DNA of 64,000 nucleotides, taken from contig CACMQN010000006.1 in NCBI GenBank assembly GCA_902615855.1, positions 6,208 through 70,207 of the forward strand, written 5' to 3'. The notes beneath the pieces are model-generated. The model had not been told where the DNA came from, ran no database searches, and saw nothing but the letters and a program-made list of their open reading frames with translations. The position numbers and the translations under genes are program-made. Positions 1 to 8,376 of the stretch are shown here, in pieces; positions within the stretch are counted from its first letter, which is position 1, and every line of letters begins with the position of its first letter. This DNA comes from an uncultured Candidatus Actinomarina sp. Its GTDB lineage: Bacteria; Actinomycetota; Acidimicrobiia; Actinomarinales; Actinomarinaceae.

Positions 1-807
1 TACGTCGTCTTCGTTTTTCCACTGCATTGCAACTTCTATTTCTGAGTCCTTGCTTTGGTCTGAAAATGAAATTGTTTTTTCGTGAAGAACCTCAAACCCC
101 TCATTTAAATAATCAACAAAATCAACTAAACCACCTTTATAAAAGAACTGTTCTTTTGTTGCTGGTTTTACTCTGTTGTCAGTTAAGTTAATCTTGAGGC
201 CTTTGTTTAAAAATGCTGTTTGTCTCAATCTTTCCGAAACAACGTTGTAGTCGAAAACCTGTGTTTCATCAAATATTTCAGGATCAGCCAAGAAGTTTAT
301 TTTTGTTCCTGTTTTTTTGGAAGCTTTTCCTTTTTTAATTTTTGAAGTGGGCTTTCCGTAATCAAAATTTTGATTCCATACATGTCCGTCCCTTTCTACT
401 TCAACCTTCACAAAAACAGAAAGTGCGTTTACTACCGATATACCAACTCCATGTAGACCACCACTTACTGTGTAGGCTCCTGACTCAAACTTTCCTCCAG
501 CATGAAGTGTTGTTAAGACGGTTGTTAGGGCAGATTTTTTTGTTTTAGGGTGGGGCTTAACGGGTATTCCGCTTCCGTTGTCTTTTACTGTGACTGAGCC
601 GTTTTTTTCAAGCATTACATCAATTTGAGTACACCTTCCCGCCATTGCCTCATCAACAGAGTTATCCACAACTTCCCAAATTAGATGGTGGAGGCCGTTT
701 GGTCCGGTCGAACCAATATACATTGCTGGTCTTTTTCTTACCGCTTCTAGACCTTCTAAGACCTTTATGTCTTTAGAATCATAGCTTTTTGAATCTTTTT
801 TTGGCAC
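1..807 (-). CDS. gyrB: DNA gyrase subunit B, N-terminal ~269 codons (gene continues past window start)
   Basis: Absent from the ORF track because it is truncated. My translation of the minus strand from GTG at 805-807 (AGGAGA Shine-Dalgarno at 811-816) gives VPKKDSKSYDSKDIKVLEGLEAVRKRPAMYIGSTGPNGLHHLIWEVVDNSVDEAMAG...LHAGGKF...GGLHGVG, the GHKL ATPase N-terminus of GyrB. It lies downstream of dnaN as in Actinobacteria. Confidence 0.9.
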   Translation of the reverse strand, partial: MPKKDSKSYDSKDIKVLEGLEAVRKRPAMYIGSTGPNGLHHLIWEVVDNSVDEAMAGRCTQIDVMLEKNGSVTVKDNGSGIPVKPHPKTKKSALTTVLTTLHAGGKFESGAYTVSGGLHGVGISVVNALSVFVKVEVERDGHVWNQNFDYGKPTSKIKKGKASKKTGTKINFLADPEIFDETQVFDYNVVSERLRQTAFLNKGLKINLTDNRVKPATKEQFFYKGGLVDFVDYLNEGFEVLHEKTISFSDQSKDSEIEVAMQWKNEDDV

Positions 808-884
808 GGATCTCCTAAGATACGTTTCTTTTTTATATTAAGTACAGCCCCTTGCTGAACTCTTATTTTAGTAGAAATACGTTA

Positions 885-1175
885 TTATTGTTGGCTATTT
901 TGCAATTCAACACGTATAGAATTCACCGAAAATCCAAGCTTTTTTTCTATATTGTTAATTATTTTTAGAGACTCTAGTTCAATTATGTCTTTTAGTCTTT
1001 TTGAGTCAACATAAATTACAAGACTATCATTAATTACTGGTCCTGACGATATTTCGTCCTTCCAGGGGTAGGAAGAGTTGTTAAGGTGTTTTTTAACTTG
1101 TTCTGATTTTTTAAAATTTATTCCAACACTGTTTTCTTCAATGTTTATTTTTTCAGGTCCACTTGCTTGTTTCAC
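885..1175 (-). CDS. DUF721/DciA-like small protein, at the position of the Rv0004-type gene between dnaN/recF and gyrB
   Basis: 96-aa ORF with a 4-nt overlap with the dnaN stop. The C-terminal pattern SLVIYVDSKRLKDIIELESLKIINNIEKKLGFSVNSIRV fits the DUF721 signature. Synteny matches the actinobacterial origin region. Confidence 0.5.
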   Translation of the reverse strand: MKQASGPEKINIEENSVGINFKKSEQVKKHLNNSSYPWKDEISSGPVINDSLVIYVDSKRLKDIIELESLKIINNIEKKLGFSVNSIRVELQNSQQ

Positions 1176-2287
1176 GAGGCTCTTACTGGCATTAAGAGAT
1201 ATTTATAGTTCTCTGATTCTCCTTGTACTACTACGGGTTTTTCGTTTCCAGAGAATCTGATGTAAACCTTGTTGCCTTCTAAAACTTCGATGCCTTGAAT
1301 TAAGAAGTTCGGATTGAAAGACATTTGAAAGCCGTTTATATCCCCTGTTTCAACACCAAGAATTTTTATATTTAAGCTTTCGTTTCCACCACCAACATCT
1401 TTATTAAGTGTAGTGATTGTTAATTTTTCGTTGTTTTCAAAAATAAAGGTTACGGGTATATACCCCTCAGCAACGACAGTAGAGCGATCAAGACTTTCTA
1501 ATATTTCTTTCTTGTCAATCTCTGCTGTAAACAGTGTTTCTTTTGGAAAAAGGTTTTGATATTCTGGAAAAGTTCCTTCTACTTTTCTTAATGAGGCAAA
1601 ATATTTGTCATTAAAAAAGTAAAGATCTTTTTCGTTTGAATTAATGTTTAGTGTTTCTTCTTCGTTTTCAAAAAGCCTAATTACTTCGCTTAACGATTTA
1701 AATGAAATAATTCCCACATCGTTTATTGGGAAGTTGCTAATTTGTTGTGTAGCTAATCTATAACTGTCTGTTGCTGCTAGTTCTGTTTTTTCGTCTTGAT
1801 TGTTGAAATAAACACCTGTTAACACAGGTCTTCCACCCTCTGGAGTAGAAGCAATACCTACGTTCTTCAACGAATCAAACAACTCTGAAACCAACACTTC
1901 TTGTGTTTGTTCGTCTTTTTCGTGTTTTTTCAAGAATGCTTCTGGATAGTCCTGGTCTTCTAGTTTTCTTAAAGTGAAGTCTAATGATTTGGTTTCTATT
2001 TTTAACTCACTCCCTACATCAGAAAATACAACTTCTCCTTCAGGAAGTTTTCTTACAATTTCTGATAGTTTATTTGAATTAACAAGACACTTTCCTTCAA
2101 CATCTACGTCAACAACTATCTTTGACTTAATTGTTATATCCAGATCAGAACCTATAACCTCTACAAAACCGTCTGACGCGTGAAGATAAAGACCTGTTAG
2201 GACAGGTGTTGAGGGTCTGGGATTAACAACTCGAGAAACAGAAGAAACTACTTCCTTTAATACGTTTGTTTGTGTTTTAAACTTCAT
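1172..2287 (-). CDS. dnaN: DNA polymerase III beta sliding clamp
   Basis: 371 aa. The N-terminus NVLKEVVSSVSRVVNPRPSTPVLTGLYLHASDGFVEVIGSDLDITI is typical of DnaN. It lies directly downstream of dnaA. Confidence 0.9.
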   Translation of the reverse strand: MKFKTQTNVLKEVVSSVSRVVNPRPSTPVLTGLYLHASDGFVEVIGSDLDITIKSKIVVDVDVEGKCLVNSNKLSEIVRKLPEGEVVFSDVGSELKIETKSLDFTLRKLEDQDYPEAFLKKHEKDEQTQEVLVSELFDSLKNVGIASTPEGGRPVLTGVYFNNQDEKTELAATDSYRLATQQISNFPINDVGIISFKSLSEVIRLFENEEETLNINSNEKDLYFFNDKYFASLRKVEGTFPEYQNLFPKETLFTAEIDKKEILESLDRSTVVAEGYIPVTFIFENNEKLTITTLNKDVGGGNESLNIKILGVETGDINGFQMSFNPNFLIQGIEVLEGNKVYIRFSGNEKPVVVQGESENYKYLLMPVRAS

Positions 2288-2404
2288 ATTTAATCTTTTA
2301 TAAATTTAATAGTAATAACAACGTCTGACATGTATAAATAGAAAAAAAACCAATTTACAAAAAGGATTTTAGAGGAGTGAAAAGACAACAAAACCGACAA
2401 AGAA

Positions 2405-3709
2405 TTAACCAACCTCTTTTATTGAGAGCGAACTGTCGAAATTGTTTATTTCTTTGATAACTAAAGGTGAGTCTTTAGATTTATTAATATAGCTTAAAAC
2501 TGTTGAGTGGCTTCTACCACCAAGATATAAACCTATTTGATTTAATGATAGATCTGTATGTTTCCTTGCCAGAGATGCAAAAAGCCTTCTAGACTCATTA
2601 ACCTTCGATGTTCTGTTTTTTGAAGATATTAGTTTTTTATCAACTTGAAAAACCTTTGAAACGTAATCTAATATCTGATCAGGACCAATAGACTCTACAA
2701 ATCCAGACTTAGAAACAGAAATCAACTCCTTAATATAATCGAAATTACCCTTTCCTGTTTGTTTATTTATTAAGAGTTGGTTAACAATTCCGTTTATATC
2801 TCTAAAACTATCGACCCTTAACCCACTTATTTTTTTAATCTCTTCCTTAGAAAGCAAATAACCGCCCTGTTCAACATTTGCTTTCTCAATCGCTTTAAGA
2901 AACATTTCTTCATCAGGTTTTTCAATGTCAGTAACTAAACCGTTTAAAATTCTTGAAATTAGGCGATCTGGAAAGCCTAAAAGTTTATTTGGTTTTTGAT
3001 CTGAAACCAAAACAACTGCTTTCTGATTGTTTAAAAAATAATTAATAGTGTGGAAAAGCTCCTCTGAAACACCCTTTTTACCCATAAAAAACTGAATATC
3101 ATCTACCAGTAAAATGTCGACGGACCTTATTTTTGATTTAAATATATCTATATCTTTATTTTTTATTCCTTGAATATATGAATCTAAAAAAGATTCAGAA
3201 TCAATATAAAAAGAAGAGGGGTGAGCTTTTTCAATAGTTTTTAGAAGGTGTGTTTTACCAACTCCGGGAGATCCATAAACAAAAAGAGGGTTAAAACGTC
3301 CACCAGGATCTTTAACAACATTTTTTGCAGCTGTTACTGAAAGATTATTAGAGGATCCGACAAACATCTCGTCAAAAACAGATAAATCAGGCTGAACTTT
3401 TTTTATCTCTTCTTGGTTTTTTAATAGATCTTCATTTTTTTCTTCAAATTCATAGGCTTGAAAGTCTTTTTTCATATTCTTATCCAAAACAAAAACACAT
3501 TCTTTAAATCCGGTGCTTATGTTGAATGTTTTTTTGATTTTTTTATATAGTTTTTTCTCAATTGATGATTTTACAAAGTCTGATCCTACGAAAATACTTA
3601 AAGACCCATTGTCAATTTCAAAATTTACTTGTTCTAACCAATATCTTTCAGTTTTAGATAAATCTAGTTTATGTATTTCAGATTTAAACTCTTTAAGTAA
3701 ATTACTCAT
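2405..3709 (-). CDS. dnaA: Chromosomal replication initiator DnaA
   Basis: Walker A GSPGVGKTHLL, Walker B LLVDDIQF, and a C-terminal DNA-binding helix-turn-helix (LSLNQIGLYLGGRSHSTVLSYI). The ORF is open to 3790, but those first 27 codons (MVCVFSLKINMFLP...) look non-native. ATG at 3707-3709 (MSNLLKEF) is the likelier start. Confidence 0.9.
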   Translation of the reverse strand: MSNLLKEFKSEIHKLDLSKTERYWLEQVNFEIDNGSLSIFVGSDFVKSSIEKKLYKKIKKTFNISTGFKECVFVLDKNMKKDFQAYEFEEKNEDLLKNQEEIKKVQPDLSVFDEMFVGSSNNLSVTAAKNVVKDPGGRFNPLFVYGSPGVGKTHLLKTIEKAHPSSFYIDSESFLDSYIQGIKNKDIDIFKSKIRSVDILLVDDIQFFMGKKGVSEELFHTINYFLNNQKAVVLVSDQKPNKLLGFPDRLISRILNGLVTDIEKPDEEMFLKAIEKANVEQGGYLLSKEEIKKISGLRVDSFRDINGIVNQLLINKQTGKGNFDYIKELISVSKSGFVESIGPDQILDYVSKVFQVDKKLISSKNRTSKVNESRRLFASLARKHTDLSLNQIGLYLGGRSHSTVLSYINKSKDSPLVIKEINNFDSSLSIKEVG

Positions 3710-3873
3710 TCTGAACAATCTAATAAAATCTCTTCGGAAATCATAGAGTGGTAAAAACATATTAATTTTTAGAGAAAAAACACACACCAACCAAAAACCC
3801 TACGATTGTTGAGTTTATTAGAGGATATAATAAGAAAAATAATAAGTGAATTTCAGATTATAAAACCTAGTTA

Positions 3874-3909
3874 GTTTTGTTTTCGCGAAGATGGTTTTGT
3901 TTTCGCGAA
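3874..3909. repeat. Direct repeat 2 x GTTTTGTTTTCGCGAA (3874-3889 and 3894-3909), each containing the palindrome TTCGCGAA, in the dnaA-rpmH spacer
   Basis: Read directly. The copies start 20 bp apart. A ~60-bp stretch of almost pure A/T follows (3910-3970). Confidence 0.9.
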
Positions 3910-3980
3910 CTTTTAAATTAAATATTAATTTACTTTGTTTAAATAATTTTTTAATATATTGTGTTTAAACAGGAAGAAAA

Positions 3981-4115
3981 ATGAAAAGAACTTATCAACC
4001 TAGTAATAGAAAAAGAAGTAGAAAACACGGTTTTAGATCGAGAATGAGCACCAGAGCTGGCAGAGAAATTCTTAAAAGAAGAAGAAGAAAAGGTAGAAAA
4101 ACACTTTCTGCATAA
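3981..4115 (+). CDS. rpmH: 50S ribosomal protein L34
   Basis: Below the ORF-track size cutoff. My translation is [50 protein letters not shown] Shine-Dalgarno lies upstream and rnpA follows. Confidence 0.92.
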   Translation: MKRTYQPSNRKRSRKHGFRSRMSTRAGREILKRRRRKGRKTLSA

Positions 4116-4120
4116 GCTAA

Positions 4121-4444
4121 TTGGTTAGATTTACTGCACTGAATAAGAAAAATGATTTTTTCAGACTGAAAAAAGAAACAAATTGTTTTACTGAAAAAGG
4201 ATTAAGGGTTTATATAGAGAAAAACCAAGAAAAAGTTTCAAGACTTGGTATAAGCATCTCAAGTAAGCAGACAACCGCAGTAGAACGTAATAAATTTAAA
4301 AGAAGGATTAAAGAGGCAGTTAGGGGTTTAGAAGATAAAGAAAGTTTTGATATTTATATTATTGGATCGAAAAAAAACTTAAATTTAAAGATTTTAGAAA
4401 TACAAAAAATAATTTCTTCTCATCCCAAACTAATTAAAAAATGA
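4121..4444 (+). CDS. rnpA: Ribonuclease P protein component
   Basis: 107-aa basic protein with a TTG start, lying between rpmH and yidD. Contains an RNR-like box (AVERNKFKRRIKEAVR). Confidence 0.85.
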   Translation: MVRFTALNKKNDFFRLKKETNCFTEKGLRVYIEKNQEKVSRLGISISSKQTTAVERNKFKRRIKEAVRGLEDKESFDIYIIGSKKNLNLKILEIQKIISSHPKLIKK

Positions 4445-4653
4445 AGATAACAAACATTTTGTTTACAGTGTTTCGTTCACTGCTTGGGCTCTTTGGCATA
4501 GGTCAGGGAAATTGTTTATATTACCCAACTTGTTCAAACGTGATAAGAGAAAGCTTTGAAAATAAGGGTTTAATTAGGACTCTCCCTGTTTTTATAGAAA
4601 GGGTTTATAAATGTAATCCCGTATATAGAAAGTTTGGTAAAAATTGGCAATAA
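4441..4653 (+). CDS. yidD: Membrane protein insertion efficiency factor YidD
   Basis: 70 aa with the conserved CLYYPTCSNV...CNP cysteine pattern. ATGA overlap with rnpA. Confidence 0.85.
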   Translation: MKITNILFTVFRSLLGLFGIGQGNCLYYPTCSNVIRESFENKGLIRTLPVFIERVYKCNPVYRKFGKNWQ

Positions 4654-5462
4654 TTGAACCTTTTGCACTGGCTATTGGCTTTTTGCTTTCATTTGTTTAC
4701 GGATATGTCCCCTCATATGGTATTTCCATCGCCATTTTGACGGTCATAATTAATATAATTATTTTCCCATTAACTCTTAGGCAGACCAGGTCTACCAAAA
4801 GAATGCAAGATGTTCAACCAGAGCTGAAGAAATTACAGAAAAAACATAAAGACAATAAAGAAGAATTAAACAAAGAAATAGCAGCTTTTTACAAAGAAAA
4901 AGGAATCAACCCGCTTGGTTGCGTTGTTCCTTTATTGGTACAAATGCCAGTTTGGTTCGCTTTGTTTAGAGTGTTGAGAGAGCCTCTCTTGTTTATACCA
5001 AAATCTGAATCTTTATTTTCAGACCTAGAAAACAATATAAACATTCTTTTCTTTAACATGGATCTTCAAATACCTGCATCTGAAATATCAGGATGGGTAG
5101 AAAGAGCTCCATACATTGTTCTTATTTTAATGGTTGTTGCAACCGCACTATTTCAACAACAACAAATTACAAAGAAACAAGGAAAAAGCGACAACCCACA
5201 AGCACAGCAAATGCAAATGATTGGAAAGGTTATGCCAATATTTTTCGGGTTCATTTCCTGGACTTTGCCTTCAGGTCTTGTCGTATATTTCTTAACAGGA
5301 AATATTTTCAGAATTGGTCAACAAGCCTTAATTATTCGTATAGAAGATAAAGAGGAAACAAGTGACAAAACTGAAAAAGAAAATGAAGAGAACGAGGAAA
5401 CACCAGAAACCAAGCAGCAAGAAGACCCTCGCAAAAACAGAAAAAAAAGAAGGAGAAAATAA
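4644..5462 (+). CDS. yidC: Membrane protein insertase YidC (short form)
   Basis: 272 aa, multi-pass membrane protein. Contains the 60-kDa-IMP-type core (NPLGCVVPLLVQMPVWFALF) and a Lys/Arg-rich C-terminal tail. Synteny supports the call. Confidence 0.85.
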   Translation: MAIIEPFALAIGFLLSFVYGYVPSYGISIAILTVIINIIIFPLTLRQTRSTKRMQDVQPELKKLQKKHKDNKEELNKEIAAFYKEKGINPLGCVVPLLVQMPVWFALFRVLREPLLFIPKSESLFSDLENNINILFFNMDLQIPASEISGWVERAPYIVLILMVVATALFQQQQITKKQGKSDNPQAQQMQMIGKVMPIFFGFISWTLPSGLVVYFLTGNIFRIGQQALIIRIEDKEETSDKTEKENEENEETPETKQQEDPRKNRKKRRRK

Positions 5463-6214
5463 TGTCAGACAAATGGGTAGAGGTTGAAGCAAAAACCATT
5501 GATGATGCAATTAAAGCAGGTTTAAAAGAGCTTAATTTAGAGGATGCAACTGAAGCTAACATAAGTATTTTACGCGAACCTGAAGGTGGAGTTTTTGGGG
5601 TCGGAGGGACAAAAGCCCTTGTAAGAATTTCAGTTAGATCTGGTTTTAAAAACAATAACTTAAGACAATACAAACAAAGGAACAAAAGAGACAATAGAAA
5701 AAGAGAAAAAAGAAGCTATGAGCCAAAAAAACCAAGGGTTGAAGCAGATCCCAATGAACAATTAAAGGTATCAGTTGATTTTTTACAGGGACTAATTGAC
5801 TCTTTTGGCCTTGATGGAAAAGTTGAAGGGGAAGTTGAAGATAAAAATCTTGTTGTAAACGTTAAAGGAGAACAAACCGAAGCCCTTGTCGGGGAAAAAG
5901 GAATTATTATTCGGTCACTTCATGAACTAACACGAACAGCAGTTCAAAGAAAAACAGGTGCTGGAACAAGACTAAGACTTGATGTGGCAGATTATGCTTT
6001 AAAAAGGAAAGAGGCTCTAACAATTTATGCTGAGAGACTTACTAAACAAATATTAGAGGACAAACAGGAAGTTATGCTCGAACCAATGAACTCTGTAGAC
6101 AGAAAAACCCTTCATGATGCTGTTGCAGAAATAGATGGAATTAAATCATATTCTGAAGGCAGAGAGCCATATAGATCAGTAGTTTTTGCACCTAATAGTA
6201 ACGAAGAAGAATGA
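5462..6214 (+). CDS. jag: Jag/KhpB-type RNA-binding protein (KH + R3H domains)
   Basis: 250 aa. C-terminal R3H region LEPMNSVDRKTLHDAVAEIDGIKSYSEGREPYRSVVF. It follows yidC as in most Gram-positive bacteria. Confidence 0.8.
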   Translation: MSDKWVEVEAKTIDDAIKAGLKELNLEDATEANISILREPEGGVFGVGGTKALVRISVRSGFKNNNLRQYKQRNKRDNRKREKRSYEPKKPRVEADPNEQLKVSVDFLQGLIDSFGLDGKVEGEVEDKNLVVNVKGEQTEALVGEKGIIIRSLHELTRTAVQRKTGAGTRLRLDVADYALKRKEALTIYAERLTKQILEDKQEVMLEPMNSVDRKTLHDAVAEIDGIKSYSEGREPYRSVVFAPNSNEEE

Positions 6215-6828
6215 ATTTTGAACCCCAGATACCAGAGTGGGGTTTAGATGACTTTAAAAAACATCAAGATAAATTATTTGAATATCATACGTGGCTAAAA
6301 AATACTGCCATAAAAACGGGTTTAATTAGTAAAAAAACAGATCAATTTATTTGGGATGAATTTATAATTCACTCACTTTATTTTGCAAAATTAATTAAAA
6401 AATTCAAAAATTTGAGTGAATGTGAAATTATTGATCTTGGGACAGGTGCTGGAATACCGGGCATACCCATCTCAATTGTAAACAAAACAAATGTTTCATT
6501 AGTAGACAACAAACAAAAAAGAATATATGAACTGGAAAGATTAGTAAAAATTTTAAATTTGAACAACGCTAAACCCAAAAAAAAAGATGCAAAAATAATT
6601 CTAAAAGAAGCAAAAAACTCAATAATTGTAATGAGATGCTATGTTTCAACCTCTAATATTCTGAAAACATTAGAAAAAAAGAAACTAAAAGAAAATAATT
6701 TAACAATATTTGTCTCATCTAACTCTAAATCATCAGAAATATTTAATTCAATGTTTCACGTGAAACAAGAAAAGTTTCTCATAAATAAAAATAATTTTCG
6801 TTACATAGATGTTATAACTGATATGTGA
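6211..6828 (+). CDS. rsmG: 16S rRNA (guanine527-N7)-methyltransferase
   Basis: SAM-binding motif IIDLGTGAGIPGIPISI. Lies between jag and parA. Confidence 0.85.
   Translation: MNFEPQIPEWGLDDFKKHQDKLFEYHTWLKNTAIKTGLISKKTDQFIWDEFIIHSLYFAKLIKKFKNLSECEIIDLGTGAGIPGIPISIVNKTNVSLVDNKQKRIYELERLVKILNLNNAKPKKKDAKIILKEAKNSIIVMRCYVSTSNILKTLEKKKLKENNLTIFVSSNSKSSEIFNSMFHVKQEKFLINKNNFRYIDVITDM
6752..6767. promoter_or_regulatory. parS centromere site TGTTTCACGTGAAACA (perfect 16-bp consensus)
   Basis: Exact palindrome read at 6752-6767, inside the 3' end of rsmG and just upstream of parAB. Confidence 0.85.
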
Positions 6829-7610
6829 AATCTTTATCAATATTATGTCAAAAGGGCGGTGTTGGAAAAACCACTATTGTTGTAAATATTGCAAAAATAT
6901 ATTCAAATAATGGAATAAAAACACTAATTATTGATTTAGATCCACAAGGTAACACTTCAACGTATCTTGATTTTGATAAACAAAATAAATCAATATTTAC
7001 TTCACAGAATCTTATGGATGGAAAATTGGAAAAAGAAATCGCTTTTCTTAGTAATAATTTAGCCTTAATCCCCTCAAATGAATCTATTCTAAAATTTAAT
7101 AATGAAAAAATAATCGGGGGTTCTGTTCTAGCAAAGGCTTTGCAATCATTAATTTTTAAAGATTTTGATATAGTAATTTTTGATACACCTCCAACAATGA
7201 GTTCACTTGTACAAGAAGCATTGTGTGCTTCTGATTTCTATTTAATACCAACAAAACCAGAATTTTTAGCAATAGAAGGAGTATCTCAAGCAATGTCTTT
7301 TGCAAAAGATACGATTTCAAAACAGATAAAAGTTAACCCAGTTTTCTTAGGGGTTGTTTTAAACCAAATAGAAACAGGAAGAGCAAGCTATCTTGATTTT
7401 GAAAAAGAACTGGAGTATTTATTGGCAGATAAACTCTTAAATACAAAAGTTTCAAGCTCACCAGATGTTGCTGATAGCCCATATTATCTAAAAACCGTTG
7501 AAGATTTCACTAATGATAATAAATCTAAAAAAGAGTTTTATCAATTAGCTAATGAATTACTAGAAAGGATGAATATTAATGAAAAGATCATTGAGCAGTC
7601 TTATAACTGA
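6825..7610 (+). CDS. parA: Chromosome partitioning ATPase ParA/Soj
   Basis: GTG start overlapping the rsmG stop (GTGA). Deviant Walker A KGGVGKTT, and DLDPQGN. Confidence 0.85.
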   Translation: MKSLSILCQKGGVGKTTIVVNIAKIYSNNGIKTLIIDLDPQGNTSTYLDFDKQNKSIFTSQNLMDGKLEKEIAFLSNNLALIPSNESILKFNNEKIIGGSVLAKALQSLIFKDFDIVIFDTPPTMSSLVQEALCASDFYLIPTKPEFLAIEGVSQAMSFAKDTISKQIKVNPVFLGVVLNQIETGRASYLDFEKELEYLLADKLLNTKVSSSPDVADSPYYLKTVEDFTNDNKSKKEFYQLANELLERMNINEKIIEQSYN

Positions 7611-8376
7611 TACAAACGTAAGAGAATATAACGTAAGAGAAATAAATGTCCAAAATATTAGTGAAAGCAATTCTCAAGCAAGAACAACATTTGACGACAA
7701 TAAATTAATTGAGTTAAGAAATTCAATCCAAAAAAATGGCTTGCTTCAACCACTAATTGTTCAAGAAGTAGAGCCAAATAAATATAAGTTAATTGCTGGT
7801 GAGAGAAGATTAAGAGCATCAAAAATGGTCGGCCTAGAAAAAGTACCCTGTCTCATAAAAGACATAAGTGAGAGAGACGCAGCAATCGTCGGCCTGGTTG
7901 AGAACATTCAAAGAGAAAGATTAAACCATATTGACGAGGCAATGGGTTATAAAGAAATATCAGAAAAATTCAATCTAAGTCCTGAAGAAATAGGGCTTCT
8001 GGTCGGTAAAAGTAGAGCACACGTTTCTAATATTCTACGTTTAACAAATCTAAGCGACACAGTTTATCAAGCCCTAAAAGAAGAAAAAGTCTCAATGGGG
8101 CAAGTACGGCCACTCATAAATTTAGAATTTAATTTACAAAACTCTATTCTAAATGAAATTATTTCCCTGAAGCTTTCAAGTAGGGCGGTAGAAGATAAAG
8201 TAAGAGATCTTAGTAGTGAGAAAATTTCTGATCAAGAAGTCACTTACTATAAAAACTTTTTTGAGGACAAAACAGGATCAAAAGTAAAAATAAATAAAAG
8301 CAAAGAAAAGTATAAGTTATCTTTTACCTTTGATTCAAAAGATAAGCTTGATAAGTTTGTTAATAAAATAAATTAG
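7579..8376 (+). CDS. parB: Chromosome partitioning protein ParB/Spo0J
   Basis: ParB box LQPLIVQ...LIAGERRLRA and a helix-turn-helix (EEIGLLVGKSRAHVSNILRL). Confidence 0.9.
   Translation: MKRSLSSLITDTNVREYNVREINVQNISESNSQARTTFDDNKLIELRNSIQKNGLLQPLIVQEVEPNKYKLIAGERRLRASKMVGLEKVPCLIKDISERDAAIVGLVENIQRERLNHIDEAMGYKEISEKFNLSPEEIGLLVGKSRAHVSNILRLTNLSDTVYQALKEEKVSMGQVRPLINLEFNLQNSILNEIISLKLSSRAVEDKVRDLSSEKISDQEVTYYKNFFEDKTGSKVKINKSKEKYKLSFTFDSKDKLDKFVNKIN

Noticed and set aside
2288-2404. Calling oriC with DnaA boxes in the dnaA-dnaN spacer
   Set aside because: By eye I found no 9-mers close to TTATCCACA or TTGTCCACA in either spacer, so I do not annotate an origin feature. Only the synteny-based expectation is reported.
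2405-3790. Longer dnaA ORF starting at 3790
   Set aside because: The extra 27 codons (MVCVFSLKINMFLPLYDFRRDFIRLFR) are hydrophobic and unlike DnaA domain I. The internal ATG at 3709 gives a normal N-terminus. Kept only as an alternative.
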